From contig OZ244055.1 in NCBI GenBank assembly GCA_965214975.1, positions 1,430,994-1,494,993 of the forward strand: a stretch of DNA of 64,000 bases, written 5' to 3'. The notes below the pieces were generated by a model. That model ran no database searches. It was not told the origin of the DNA and saw only the letters and a list, made by a program, of their open reading frames with translations. The number at the start of each line of letters is the position of its first letter. Within the stretch, counting starts at the first letter, position 1. The translations under genes and the position numbers were made by a program. This DNA is from Alphaproteobacteria bacterium. Its GTDB lineage: Bacteria > Pseudomonadota > Alphaproteobacteria > MPNO01 > UBA830. This document shows, one piece after another, positions 1-9,330 of this stretch.

Positions 1-1
1 G

Positions 2-454
2 ATCTTCCTGACCGTGGTGATGGATTGGACAGGGCCGCGGCGGCGGCGCATCGAGATCGATCTCGACACCTCGGAATTGCCGCGGCTCCTGGGGTTCCTG
101 CGCGACTTCGCGTCGCGGCGGGACTGGAGCCAAGAGGCGGCGGAGCGGCTGTGCTCGGCCGGCGAGGAGGCGCTCCTGAGCCTCGTCCGGGAGGACGGCC
201 CGACCCGGCGCCTGGTGCTGGTCGCGCGCGCAGACGGACGGGAGGCGGAGCTGGAGTTCGTCGCCTCGTGGGACGGGGAGAATCTGGAGGACCAGATGCT
301 CCTCCTCGTGGACCGGGACGACGGTCCGGTCGAGCACGAGCTCTCGCTGCGCCTGCTGCGGCACCACTCCTCGTCCGTGCGCCACCAGCAGTACCACGAC
401 ACGGACGTCCTGACGGTCCGCGTGGAGGCGAGCGCCGCAAGCGGCGACAGCTGA
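2..454 (+). CDS. Partial CDS (5' end outside window); C-terminal region resembling a HATPase_c / anti-sigma-regulatory-factor-like ATP-binding domain
   Basis: Open frame runs from the window edge. The segment LPRLLGFLRDFASRRDWSQEAAERLCSAGEEALLSLV resembles the N-terminal helix region of RsbW-type kinase domains. Weak similarity only. Confidence 0.3.
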   Translation: MFLTVVMDWTGPRRRRIEIDLDTSELPRLLGFLRDFASRRDWSQEAAERLCSAGEEALLSLVREDGPTRRLVLVARADGREAELEFVASWDGENLEDQMLLLVDRDDGPVEHELSLRLLRHHSSSVRHQQYHDTDVLTVRVEASAASGDS

Positions 455-906
455 ACGAGGGCGCTTTCGCTTCCGGACGCCGCGGTGCTTCGGATCGCGG
501 AGGGCGCGGGCGGCGGGGAAGGCGAACAGGCCCCGGACCGGTGCCGGATCCCCGCTCGCGGCCCACGCCATCCCGATCGCGAGACGCCCGGAGCTCGCCG
601 TTTCGACGACCTCGCGAGGGATCCCGACCCCGCAGGGACCGGAAAGAAGCGGTCCGGGGGAGCAACCGTCCGAACGGCAACCGAAGCCGGATGGCATGGC
701 GGAAGTCCACGCCCGGAGCCTCCGCTTCGCTTCCGGGGGCGTCGAGGCCGACCGCAGGCCCCCTCCCCGGGAATCCCTCGAACGGCGGGCGGACGCCGTC
801 CGGCGGCAAGTCCCGGGACTCCGACGCGCACCCGCGATTCCGCCGGAATTTTGTCCGCCTGCGCAGGGATGCTATATTGCCGGCGCGTCGGCTTGGCCGT
901 TCGGAA

Positions 907-1293
907 ATGACGGGAGGGGCGAAATTGGCTGAACTCTACGTGGGCCGGGCCGAGGAGTTCGGCGACCGCGACCGGAAGATCATCGCGCAGGGGGAACTCG
1001 AGATCGGCGTGTTCCATGTCGACGGGGAGTTCTACGCCTACGAGAACAACTGCGCCCACCAGGGCGGACCCGCATGCCAGGGCAAGATCATCAACCGCGT
1101 CGAGGAAATCATCGACGAGACGGAAAAGACCGCGCACGGCCTCAGGTTCTCGGAAACCGACGTGCACATCGTCTGCCCGTGGCACGGCTTCGAGTACAAC
1201 GTCAGGACCGGCCGCCATCCCGGCAGCGGGAACGTGCGGCTCCGGCCGTTCGAGGTCTCCGTCAAGGACGGAGAGGTGTATGTCGCCATCTGA
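907..1293 (+). CDS. Rieske [2Fe-2S] domain protein, NirD-like small Rieske ferredoxin (128 aa)
   Basis: CAHQGGP ... CPWHGFEYNVRTG: both Rieske CXH and CXXH boxes in a ~125 aa protein. ATG at 907 is in frame with the ORF ending at 1293. Confidence 0.75.
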   Translation: MTGGAKLAELYVGRAEEFGDRDRKIIAQGELEIGVFHVDGEFYAYENNCAHQGGPACQGKIINRVEEIIDETEKTAHGLRFSETDVHIVCPWHGFEYNVRTGRHPGSGNVRLRPFEVSVKDGEVYVAI

Positions 1294-1615
1294 GGCGGAT
1301 CTTGCGGCGCTCGACACCGCGGCGTCGACGGCGCTGGAAATCGCCGAACGGGCCCTTGACGCCGGCGAGACGGAGACGATCCCCGACGAGACCGTCCAGC
1401 GCCTGCTGACCGCCGGCACCAGACTGTTCGCCAACAAGGTCGAGATGGAGGAGCGGTTCTTCTCGCCCTACACGGGGGCGGAGGACGTCACGGCGACGGA
1501 CGTGGTGATGACCTGTTCGGACATGCTGCGCGCCGTCAACCTGTCGACCTTCGATCTGGCCATGTGGTTCGGGCGGCCCCGCCCCGAAGACGACGGACAG
1601 CGCGGGCCGGGCTGA
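1280..1615 (+). CDS. Hypothetical protein (111 aa), translationally coupled to the Rieske gene
   Basis: ATG at 1280 overlaps the Rieske stop (1291-1293). Acidic small protein with no recognisable motif. Confidence 0.4.
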   Translation: MSPSEADLAALDTAASTALEIAERALDAGETETIPDETVQRLLTAGTRLFANKVEMEERFFSPYTGAEDVTATDVVMTCSDMLRAVNLSTFDLAMWFGRPRPEDDGQRGPG

Positions 1616-1665
1616 CGGGCAGACCTGCGCGCCGGCGGACGCCGCGCGCGAACGGGAGAAGGAAA

Positions 1666-2892
1666 ATGGACACGAGCGCCGAAGCGGTTCCCGTCCGGGA
1701 AAACCCCGTGAAGGAAATCACCACCTACACCGATTCCCGGGAGATCCTCGCGAAAGCGCGCCGGCAGGCGGAGGAGCGGAATTTCGACGACGTGTTCATC
1801 GTCGACATCGATTCGCATCACACCGAGACCGAATCCTGGCGCGACATCATCACCTACATCGACGACCCGGTGGTGCGCCAGAACGCCAAGGAGATGGTGT
1901 TCCACCGCTCGGGCACGCCGCCCTACGGTCTCAACGGCGATCTCGCCATGCGCTACCAGGACGTCGGCGGGCGGATCCCGCACCAGGCGGCGCGCAGCGA
2001 GGAGGTCGGCGAACGCGAGCTCGAGCAGGCCGGGCACCGGGATCTGGTTCTCGCCCGGCGCGCCTACGAGGCGATGGGGATCGACTACCAGATCGTGTTC
2101 CCGACGCCGATGCTCTTTCTCGGCATGCATCCGCAGTTCGACATGGAGGCGACGCTCGGCAATGCCTACAACCGGTGGCAGGTCGACAACATCCTGAGCA
2201 AGGACAAGCGCCTCAAGACGATGATGTTCCTGCCGTTCAACGATCCCGAATCGGCGCTCGAGACCATCGAGGAGTTCGGGGACGCGCCCGGATGCGTCGG
2301 CTTCATGGTCACCTCGGTGCGCTACAAGCCGGTCCACCACAACCACTACATGAAGGTCTACCGCGCCCTCGAGGAGCGGGGCCTGCCGATCGGCTTCCAT
2401 GCCGGGTACTACTGGCAGGATCCCTTCATGATGCAGATCAACCGGTTCGGCTCGATGCACGCCCTTTCCTTCGTCTGGTGCAACGTCGTCCACATGACGA
2501 ACTGGGTGATGAACGGGTTGCCGGAGCGCTTTCCCGGCCTCGACGCCGTCTGGATCGAATCGGGCCTGGCCTGGGTGCCGTGGCTGATGCAGCGCCTCGA
2601 CCACACCTACCTGATGCGGTCCTCGGAAGCGCCGCTGCTCAGGAAACTGCCGAGCGAGTACATGAAGGAGATGTACTACACGTGCCAGCCCATGGAGACC
2701 GACCACATGAAGGCCCTCGAGGTCACCTTCGAGATGATCAGCGCCGAGACCCAGCTGCTCTACGCCTCCGACTGGCCCCACTACGACTTCGACACGCCGA
2801 GCGTCATCTGGGATCTGCCGTTCCTCGACGAGCGGGCCAAGCGCAACATCCTCGGCCTCAACGCCAAACGCATCTTCGATTTCGACCGCTGA
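1666..2892 (+). CDS. Amidohydrolase_2 family metal-dependent hydrolase (ACMSD / LigW-like TIM barrel), 408 aa
   Basis: Shine-Dalgarno GGAGAAGG lies 6 nt before ATG 1666. Conserved DSHHT ... HAGY ... YASDWPH segments are typical of amidohydrolase-2 decarboxylases/hydrolases. Confidence 0.8.
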   Translation: MDTSAEAVPVRENPVKEITTYTDSREILAKARRQAEERNFDDVFIVDIDSHHTETESWRDIITYIDDPVVRQNAKEMVFHRSGTPPYGLNGDLAMRYQDVGGRIPHQAARSEEVGERELEQAGHRDLVLARRAYEAMGIDYQIVFPTPMLFLGMHPQFDMEATLGNAYNRWQVDNILSKDKRLKTMMFLPFNDPESALETIEEFGDAPGCVGFMVTSVRYKPVHHNHYMKVYRALEERGLPIGFHAGYYWQDPFMMQINRFGSMHALSFVWCNVVHMTNWVMNGLPERFPGLDAVWIESGLAWVPWLMQRLDHTYLMRSSEAPLLRKLPSEYMKEMYYTCQPMETDHMKALEVTFEMISAETQLLYASDWPHYDFDTPSVIWDLPFLDERAKRNILGLNAKRIFDFDR

Positions 2893-2961
2893 CACGGAGC
2901 GGCCACGCGGCCGGACGGCTCCGTTCCGCGACGAGCCCGCCCGCCTATCCGGAAGGACCTC

Positions 2962-4359
2962 ATGAACACCAACGCCACCCCCGAACCCCGGCACGGACGC
3001 GGTCGCCGCGGCGCCCGCGTCCTGCTCGCCGCCGCGGGCGCGACGCTCGTGGCGTCGTCCGCGCAGGCGGCCGTCGAAGCCGAGACGCAGTACGTCCTCA
3101 ACACCTTCGCCTTCCTCATCTGGGGCGCTCTCGTGATGTGGATGTGCGCGGGTTTCACGATGCTCGAAGCGGGCACGGTCAGGACCAAGAACGCCTCGGT
3201 GATCTGCCTCAAGAACATCGGGCTCTACTCCATCGCCGGCGTCACCTTCTACCTCGTCGGCTACAACCTCATGTACACCGACGTGACCGGCTATTTCGGG
3301 TCGCTGACCTTCCTCTACGACACCACGCCGGAAGAGATCGCGCTGGTGGGAGGCAACGACACGGTTGCCGCATCGGTGATCTCCAACAAGCACGCCATCA
3401 TGTCGGACTGGTTCTTCCAGATGGTGTTCGTCGCCACGACCGCCTCCATCGTCTCCGGCGCCCTCGCCGAGCGCGTCAGGCTGTGGTCGTTTTTCCTGTT
3501 CATCGCGGTTCTGACGACCTTCATCTACCCGATCGTGGGTTCCTGGACCTGGGGCGGCGGATGGCTCTCCGAGATGGGTTTCCAGGATTTCGCCGGCTCG
3601 ACGGTGGTCCATTCCACCGGCGGCTGGGCAGCGCTCGCCGGCATTCTCGTCGTCGGTGCCAGAACCGGAAAGTTCCGCATCGACGGAAGCGTCAAGTCGA
3701 CGCCCCCCTCCAACGTTCCCGCCGTCACGCTCGGCGTGTTCATTCTGTGGATGGGCTGGCTCGGGTTTAACGGCGGCTCCCAGCTCGCGCTGGGAGGGGC
3801 GACGGACGCCATCGCGCTCAGCAACATCCTCGCCAACACCAACCTTGCCGCCGCCGCCGGCGTCCTCGCCGCGGTCACCATCTCGCGGCCGGTGATGGGC
3901 CGGGTCGACCTGCTGGCCACGCTCAACGGGGCGCTCGGCGGGCTTGTCGCCATCACCGCGGGCCCGGACATCAGCGACCACTACTGGGCGCTGGTCATCG
4001 GCGGGGTCGGCGGCGCCATCGTGGTCGTCGGCATAAAGCTCCTCGAGGTCGTCAGGCTCGACGACGTCGTCGGCGCCGTCCCGGCGCATCTGTTCGCCGG
4101 CGTCTGGGGAACGCTTGCGGTGTGCATCGCGGCGGGGGGAGACCTCATGGCGCAGCTGACCGGCGTCGTTGCCGTCGGCGCATTCGCTTTCGTCGTTTCC
4201 TACGCCGTTTGGTGGGCCATCGACAAGACGCTCGGAGCCCGGGTGACGCTCAAGGTGGAGGAACTCGGCCAGGACGTGGCCGAGCTCGGGATCGAGGCCT
4301 ATCCCGAATTCGTGGTCATGCCCGACGCCGACGAGATCAAGGACTTCCGCGCCGGCTGA
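2962..4359 (+). CDS. amtB: Ammonium transporter, Amt family (465 aa), with N-terminal signal peptide
   Basis: Signal peptide MNTNATPE...AQAAVEAE and multiple transmembrane segments. Amt signature GFNGGS plus conserved FAG...GAL motifs. SD GGAAGGA precedes the ATG. Confidence 0.9.
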   Translation: MNTNATPEPRHGRGRRGARVLLAAAGATLVASSAQAAVEAETQYVLNTFAFLIWGALVMWMCAGFTMLEAGTVRTKNASVICLKNIGLYSIAGVTFYLVGYNLMYTDVTGYFGSLTFLYDTTPEEIALVGGNDTVAASVISNKHAIMSDWFFQMVFVATTASIVSGALAERVRLWSFFLFIAVLTTFIYPIVGSWTWGGGWLSEMGFQDFAGSTVVHSTGGWAALAGILVVGARTGKFRIDGSVKSTPPSNVPAVTLGVFILWMGWLGFNGGSQLALGGATDAIALSNILANTNLAAAAGVLAAVTISRPVMGRVDLLATLNGALGGLVAITAGPDISDHYWALVIGGVGGAIVVVGIKLLEVVRLDDVVGAVPAHLFAGVWGTLAVCIAAGGDLMAQLTGVVAVGAFAFVVSYAVWWAIDKTLGARVTLKVEELGQDVAELGIEAYPEFVVMPDADEIKDFRAG

Positions 4360-4383
4360 ACCGGCTCCGCTCCGCCAGCCCGG

Positions 4384-5268
4384 TCACCGCGGCCGATCCG
4401 GCGGAGCGGCGTCTCCGTCGAGCACGGAAACCTCCATCGCGCCGACGATCTCCAGCTCGCAGCGGAGCCGGTCGCCCGGCCGAAGGGGCCCGACGCCGCC
4501 CGGCACCCCCGTCGTGACGACATCGCCGGGGTAGAGCGTGCAGAACCTCGATGCACCGGCGATCAGTTCGCGGCAGCCGGAAGCCGGCATGGCGGCACCC
4601 GCCTCCCGGCGCGGCTCGCCGTTGACCAGGATCCTGAAACCCAGGCCGTCGGGATCCGCGATCTCGTCGGCCGTCGTCATCCACGGCCCGATGACCGCGT
4701 AGCCGTCCAGGGACTTGCGCAGGCTGCGGTCCTCGACGCCGCGCAGCGCGACGTCGAGACCGATGGCGTAGCCGGCCACGTGACCGAGGGCGTCTTCCGG
4801 AGCGACGTTCTTTCCGGCGCGACCGACGACGATCGCGAGCCCGACCCCGTGATCGTTGGGGCGGTCCGCGTGCCCGGGGGCAATCCCCTCCGCCGCCCCC
4901 GCCAGGGCCGAGGCCGCTCTCAGGAACAGGCCGCAGGCGGCGGCCGTCCGCCCCGGCTCGCCGGAGGCGGTTTCCGGACTCTCACGCGCTTCCCCGGCGC
5001 GGTCCGCGGGGTTCGCCCGCGTGCCGAGGATCTTGGTCGGATTCGCGACCGGGCTTCGCAAGGCCACGTTGGCGACGCCCTGCACGTATCCGGCTTTCTC
5101 GTGCACCGGGATCTCCCGGAGCACGGCGTCAAGACCGGCGATCAGCGGATCGCCCGGCGGAAAGGGCCAGCGCCGCTCGGGCAACACGTCGAGCGCGGCC
5201 GTGACATCGATCAGCTGGTCGCCCTTGACCAGGCCGAGCTTGTTCCTGTTGTACCTGCAAAGCCTCAA
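4384..5268 (-). CDS. Fumarylacetoacetate hydrolase (FAH) family protein; likely TTG start at 5268 (alternative ATG at 5301)
   Basis: C-terminal 290 aa align with the paralog at 6745..7599 (MKLCRF.. vs LRLCRY..), including GYAIGLD, RSLRK, LYPGD, TGTP/VPGGVGP motifs. ATG at 5301 confirmed by codon counting. Confidence 0.75.
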   Translation of the reverse strand: MRLCRYNRNKLGLVKGDQLIDVTAALDVLPERRWPFPPGDPLIAGLDAVLREIPVHEKAGYVQGVANVALRSPVANPTKILGTRANPADRAGEARESPETASGEPGRTAAACGLFLRAASALAGAAEGIAPGHADRPNDHGVGLAIVVGRAGKNVAPEDALGHVAGYAIGLDVALRGVEDRSLRKSLDGYAVIGPWMTTADEIADPDGLGFRILVNGEPRREAGAAMPASGCRELIAGASRFCTLYPGDVVTTGVPGGVGPLRPGDRLRCELEIVGAMEVSVLDGDAAPPDRPR

Positions 5269-6341
5269 GGGCCGAATTCCTCGCGGGCGCCGTCGGCCCA
5301 TTCGAGCCCGTGGCCCGGCCTGTCGGAAGGCCGGATGCGGGCCCCGGCGTCCATTTCCGCGGGCGCCGCGAACAGCGGCTCGAGAAGAGGAAAGTCCTCG
5401 AGCCACCGGACCGCCGGAGCCGCGGCCGCGAGGTGGACGAACAGCGCCGGCAGGAAATGCGGCGAGACGACAAGGCCGTGGTGCTCGGCGAGCTGGGCGA
5501 CCCGCAGGCATTCGGTGATGCCCCCCATCATCGCGAGGTCCGGCTGGACCACCGACAGGGTCCGCGCCCGCATCAGCGGACCGATCTCCTCGACCCCCTG
5601 ATGGTGCTCGCCGGCGGCCAGCGCCACCGGGCTCCGGCGCGCGAGCATCTCGAGGCCGTTCGCGTCGCGGGCGGGAAGAGGCTCCTCGAACCACAGTGCG
5701 CCGACCTCCCCGAGCGCGGCGGCCAGCCGCTCCGCGCTCACGAGATCGCACTTCTCGTTGGCGTCGGCCATGATTGCGACATGCTCGGGCAACGTGTCCG
5801 CGACGGCGCGGATGCGCGGGAGGTCGCCGGCGTCGCCCGCGACGCGCAGCTTGACGGCACGGCACCCGCGTCTCGCGTAGTGAAGCGCCCGTTCGGCCGC
5901 GGCCTCGGGATCCTGGGCGGGGCCGAAACCGCCGGAACCGTAGACCGGAAGGCTGCGGTGCTCCCCGCCGAGCGCGACCGCCAGCGGCACGCCGAGGCGC
6001 TTCGCGTGAAGATCCCACATTGCCAGGTCGATGGCGGCGATCGCGAGATAGCCGACGCCCCGGCCGAGCCGGTTGAGCGAACCGGCAAGACGCCGCCACA
6101 GTGCCTGCGGCGGCAGGATCCCCTCGTTCGCGACGAACCGTTCGAGGAGATCCCGCGCCATCGCCGCGACGGCGTCTCCGCCGCCGCCCAGCACGTAGGA
6201 AAACCCCGTTCCCTCGACGCCTTCGGAATCCTCCAGGGTCGCGACGATCACGTCGACCGAGGAGATCCCCGAACCTCCCGTCGGCCCCGAAAGCGGAAAG
6301 ACCCACAGTTCGGCTCCGGCGCGCGCGATCCTGCCGTTCAC
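5265..6341 (-). CDS. Mandelate racemase / muconate lactonizing enzyme family (enolase superfamily) protein, 358 aa
   Basis: KLRVAGD, ADANE and FEEP metal-ligand segments are present. GTG start at 6341 overlaps the upstream gene's stop (GTGA); the gene's own stop overlaps the downstream FAH start. Confidence 0.75.
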   Translation of the reverse strand: MNGRIARAGAELWVFPLSGPTGGSGISSVDVIVATLEDSEGVEGTGFSYVLGGGGDAVAAMARDLLERFVANEGILPPQALWRRLAGSLNRLGRGVGYLAIAAIDLAMWDLHAKRLGVPLAVALGGEHRSLPVYGSGGFGPAQDPEAAAERALHYARRGCRAVKLRVAGDAGDLPRIRAVADTLPEHVAIMADANEKCDLVSAERLAAALGEVGALWFEEPLPARDANGLEMLARRSPVALAAGEHHQGVEEIGPLMRARTLSVVQPDLAMMGGITECLRVAQLAEHHGLVVSPHFLPALFVHLAAAAPAVRWLEDFPLLEPLFAAPAEMDAGARIRPSDRPGHGLEWADGAREEFGP

Positions 6342-6745
6342 GGCCGGTCTTCGACGACCAGCGTCACCGTGTCGCCGTCCTCGATGCCGAGCGCGTCGCG
6401 CAAGCCGACTCCGGCGATCACCTCCACCTGCGCGGGCGGGTAGTTCTCGACGAGAGGCAGCACGATCGCGCCCTCGATCCGGCCGTCGACGATCACGGGC
6501 CAGCACTTGGCGTCGCAATCGTTCGGCCCGGTTCCGGGATTGTCGATCGCGACGGCGCCTTCGCGCTTGAGGCGAACCCATGCGGGCGCCGAATCCGGAT
6601 CGTCGACGATCACGTTGGCGGTGCCCGGATAGGGATCGATCCCGAGCTTGTCGACGAACTGGACCCGCGCCCAGTCGAGTCCGGTGAAGGTCTTGCCCCT
6701 GCCGATCCCGCTCGCGAGGCGGCCGACGAGTCGCGTCGAGGCCAT
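6338..6745 (-). CDS. DUF120 / archaeal CTP-dependent riboflavin kinase (RibK)-like cradle-loop-barrel domain protein, 135 aa
   Basis: SGIGRGKTF...PYPGTANV and EGAIVLP...IEDGDTVTL correspond to the GEG-YF, PY-GTLN and DGAIVVP...DGD motifs recalled from M. jannaschii RibK (recalled from memory, not checked). ATG 6745 overlaps the upstream stop (TGATG). Placed inside an FAH/MR operon. Confidence 0.55.
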   Translation of the reverse strand: MASTRLVGRLASGIGRGKTFTGLDWARVQFVDKLGIDPYPGTANVIVDDPDSAPAWVRLKREGAVAIDNPGTGPNDCDAKCWPVIVDGRIEGAIVLPLVENYPPAQVEVIAGVGLRDALGIEDGDTVTLVVEDRP

Positions 6746-7599
6746 CAGGCGGCCAGAACGGAAACGTCCATGCGGCCGATGCCCTCGCAGTGGCAACGCA
6801 TCACGTCCCCGGGAACGACCGGCCCGACGCCTTCGGGCGTGCCGGTCATGATGACGTCGCCCGGATGGAGCGTGTAGAAGCTCGACCCGTAGGCAACGAG
6901 TTTCCTGCAATCGAAGATCAGCTTGTCCGTGTTCGAGTGCTGCCGTTCCTCCCCGCCCACGTGAAGCGAGAAATCCAGGTGGTCGGGATCGGCGATCTCG
7001 TCGGCCGTGACCAGCCACGGCCCCAGAACGGAATAGCTGTCGATGGCCTTGCGCAGGCTCCGCTCCTCGGTTCCGCGCACCGTCATGTCGAGACCGATCG
7101 CGTAGCCCGCCACGTGGTCCAGGGCGTCCTCGTACGCCACGTTCTTGGCGGTTTTCCCGATCACCATGGCAAGCTCGACCTCGTGATCGTTGCGGCGGTC
7201 CGTGAAGTGCAGGCGCACGCCCTCCCCAGGCCCGACGAGCACCGGATTCTTGAGAAACAGCCCGTATTCGTCGATCGTCTTGATCTCCCGCCCGAAGCTC
7301 ACCCCCTCGTCCGCGATCGATTCCTCCTTGTGCGCGTGGTAGTTGACAGGCGCTCCGATCACCTTCGTGGGATTGGCGACCGGACTCTTGAGGGCGACAT
7401 CCCCGACGCCGCGACGATCGCCGGAGGAGGCGAGTTCCTGCGCTCTGGCGCGCACGGCATCGAGGTTCGAGACGAGCGCGTCGCCCCTGGGCCAGGGCCA
7501 GCGGGCGGGAGGAATCTCCTCCAGCGCCCCGGTCACGTCCACGATCTCGTCGCCCTCCACGAGGCCGAGCCGGTCGGCATCGAAACGGCAGAGTTTCAT
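6745..7599 (-). CDS. Fumarylacetoacetate hydrolase (FAH) family protein, 284 aa
   Basis: SD GGAGGAG sits before ATG 7599. Carries the same FAH-family motif set as the 4384..5268 paralog (GYAIGLD, RSLRK, LHPGD, TGTPEGVGPV). Confidence 0.8.
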   Translation of the reverse strand: MKLCRFDADRLGLVEGDEIVDVTGALEEIPPARWPWPRGDALVSNLDAVRARAQELASSGDRRGVGDVALKSPVANPTKVIGAPVNYHAHKEESIADEGVSFGREIKTIDEYGLFLKNPVLVGPGEGVRLHFTDRRNDHEVELAMVIGKTAKNVAYEDALDHVAGYAIGLDMTVRGTEERSLRKAIDSYSVLGPWLVTADEIADPDHLDFSLHVGGEERQHSNTDKLIFDCRKLVAYGSSFYTLHPGDVIMTGTPEGVGPVVPGDVMRCHCEGIGRMDVSVLAA

Positions 7600-7926
7600 C
7601 CTCTTCTCCTCCCGGAAACGGCGTCCGATCTCTCGTGGACGCGGAAAAAACGAACTGTTGCACCGACAAGGCGCCGCCGGAACCCTTCGCGGACGGTCCC
7701 CGGCACGGCACCGCGCCATTGTAGCGGGGACGTGTGCGGACTCAAGAAGTCCCGACCCCGGGAAGCGTCTGTGCGGGGTCTTCCGGCCCCGTCAGGCGCC
7801 GCCGATCCTTCGCCGCCGGTGTCGACCGCACGGCGGCGGGGCGCCCTCCACGGTGGAACCTTGCCCCACGCCGGGGGTTCGGCGGCTTGACCGTCGTCCG
7901 GCGGAACGTAGAATGGTTTTCGGGTC

Positions 7927-8000
7927 GCGGGTGTAGCTCAATGGCAGAGCAGGAGCTTCCCAAGCTCAAGATGAGGGTTCGATTCCCTTCACCCGCTCCA
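7927..8000 (+). tRNA. tRNA-Gly (anticodon CCC), 74 nt with encoded CCA
   Basis: Cloverleaf read by hand. Acceptor GCGGGTG/CACCCGC with discriminator T and CCA. D-arm GCTC-AATGGCA-GAGC. Anticodon loop TTCCCAA. T-arm GAGGG-TTCGATT-CCCTT. One G-A mismatch at the top of the anticodon stem. Confidence 0.85.
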
Positions 8001-8275
8001 GCATGCTCACCTCCGCGCCGGACGCCGTTCGCGATCCCGGGACCGTCGCGCGGACGGCGGTGTTTCCTCCCCGCGCCAACCGCAAGACCGGCTTTGGCCA
8101 CGCCATGCGTTGACGCGCGGCAGGGCAGACCGGCTGCATGGACTCCTGAGCCAGCCGGCGGTCCGGCGAGCGCACCCGGCAACGGCGGGTCGCTGAGAAG
8201 CCCGGCGAGCCCACCGCGGACAAGGGCCGCCAGCCGCTTCTCGCTCCTGTCGGCGGCCTTCGGTGGGGTTCGCGG

Positions 8276-8593
8276 TCAAACCGGGACTTCGATGCACACC
8301 CCCGCCTCCGCCTGATCGAAGGTAGCGCGAATACGCTCCACATGTTGTCGAATACGCGGCCAAGATGCGGCGAGCAGTACAATGACCGCGAATTGTCTGC
8401 CGTCCAGATTCTGCTGGTAGCGAAGGTTCCGGTCTGTGGTGACCAAGAGTTCATAACCTTCCGCGTCGGCGCGATCGAGCAGCTCGCCGTTGCGTAGTTC
8501 CGACCATCCCCGTTCGAAGGCGGTGTCCACCACATGACCAGGCAAATGCCGGCGCAGAGGGGCGGGCACGCCTTGATCGAACAGAATCTTCAA
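8276..8593 (-). CDS. DUF5615-type (PIN-like / Mut7-C-like) putative toxin, ~105 aa, TTG start overlapping the upstream stop
   Basis: Small protein directly downstream of, and overlapping (TTGA), a DUF433 gene. This pairing is typical of DUF433/DUF5615 toxin-antitoxin-like modules. GC is lower than the core. Confidence 0.5.
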   Translation of the reverse strand: MKILFDQGVPAPLRRHLPGHVVDTAFERGWSELRNGELLDRADAEGYELLVTTDRNLRYQQNLDGRQFAVIVLLAASWPRIRQHVERIRATFDQAEAGVCIEVPV

Positions 8594-8814
8594 GAAGCAT
8601 GCTCCATCAGCCCTCGAGTCTCGTGGTCGAAAACGCTTTCGATATGCCAGCGTTCGACGCCAGGAAACCATTCCAGAAACTGTTCGATCGTGGCCCCGTC
8701 CCTAAGGTTCTCGAACAGCGCGGCGACGGGCACGCGAGTACCGCGAAAGACCCAGACGCCGCTGACCTTGCCGGGATCGCTTTCCACGGCAGGGCAGGTG
8801 GTCCATGAAATCAT
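8590..8814 (-). CDS. DUF433 domain protein (74 aa), putative antitoxin-like partner
   Basis: 74-aa ORF with an ATG start. Sits immediately upstream of the small DUF5615-like ORF in a TA-like arrangement. Confidence 0.5.
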   Translation of the reverse strand: MISWTTCPAVESDPGKVSGVWVFRGTRVPVAALFENLRDGATIEQFLEWFPGVERWHIESVFDHETRGLMEHAS

Positions 8815-8835
8815 GAGTTCATCTCCCTCCGGAAA

Positions 8836-9330
8836 TCAGACCTTCATTGACCAGCCCGGTCGGCGCTCGACTGGTCGGGCTCCGTTGGCAATGCGGAGGC
8901 CGCCTCCCGCAAGTCGGATTCGCCGGTTACCGCCTCGGCGATCAGGTGCATGATCCCGAGGGCGGAGGCTGTGTAGCGCCTTCCGAAACCTGCGTACAAT
9001 TAGTCCCTTCGCCCACAACGCACATCGGCCAACCTCTTCAACTTCGCGTACAAGCAAATCTCCTCGCCGAACCGTATAGCGTTTACGTTCGGTCGGAAGA
9101 ACATCCATCTTGGGAAAGTCGTCGACGTTGATCCGATCCCACTGGATCTCAATATCCCTAAGGCAAGGAAGCAAGTGCGCGCCTGCGATCCGATCGATGC
9201 CGAGCATCTTGCCAAGACCCTGAGAGCACCCGCAATGAAGGAGGGTGACCTTCCAATGCGACGGTACCGGTCCTAGCCACATGACTCCAGAATCCTTCAT
9301 CGACGGGTGGGGCTTGAGAGCATCGATCAA
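8836..9330 (-). pseudogene. Possible type I restriction HsdS target-recognition-domain fragment (164-aa ORF, TTG start overlapping the DUF1524 stop)
   Basis: GVMWLGPVPSHWKVTLL and RKRYTVRRGDLLVREVEEVG resemble the LPEGWEW..LG opening and GDIL..G block of HsdS TRDs, but the ORF is too short for a full HsdS. Lowest-GC stretch of the window (~50%). Confidence 0.3.

Noticed and set aside
25-1293. Very long ORFs rich in Arg/Pro/Gly/Ala on the opposite strand or in shifted frames. Examples: 25..1293 upstream of residue ~294, 485..910, 20392..22896, 16552..19134, 40539..41618, 55660..57387.
   Set aside because: Typical high-GC artefacts. They have low-complexity composition, no motifs, overlap strongly supported genes, and in-frame real starts with SD sequences occur internally (for example the Rieske start at 907).
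8599-8808. 69-aa plus-strand ORF opposite the DUF433 gene
   Set aside because: It is antisense to a better-supported small gene pair and has neither motif nor ribosome-binding site.
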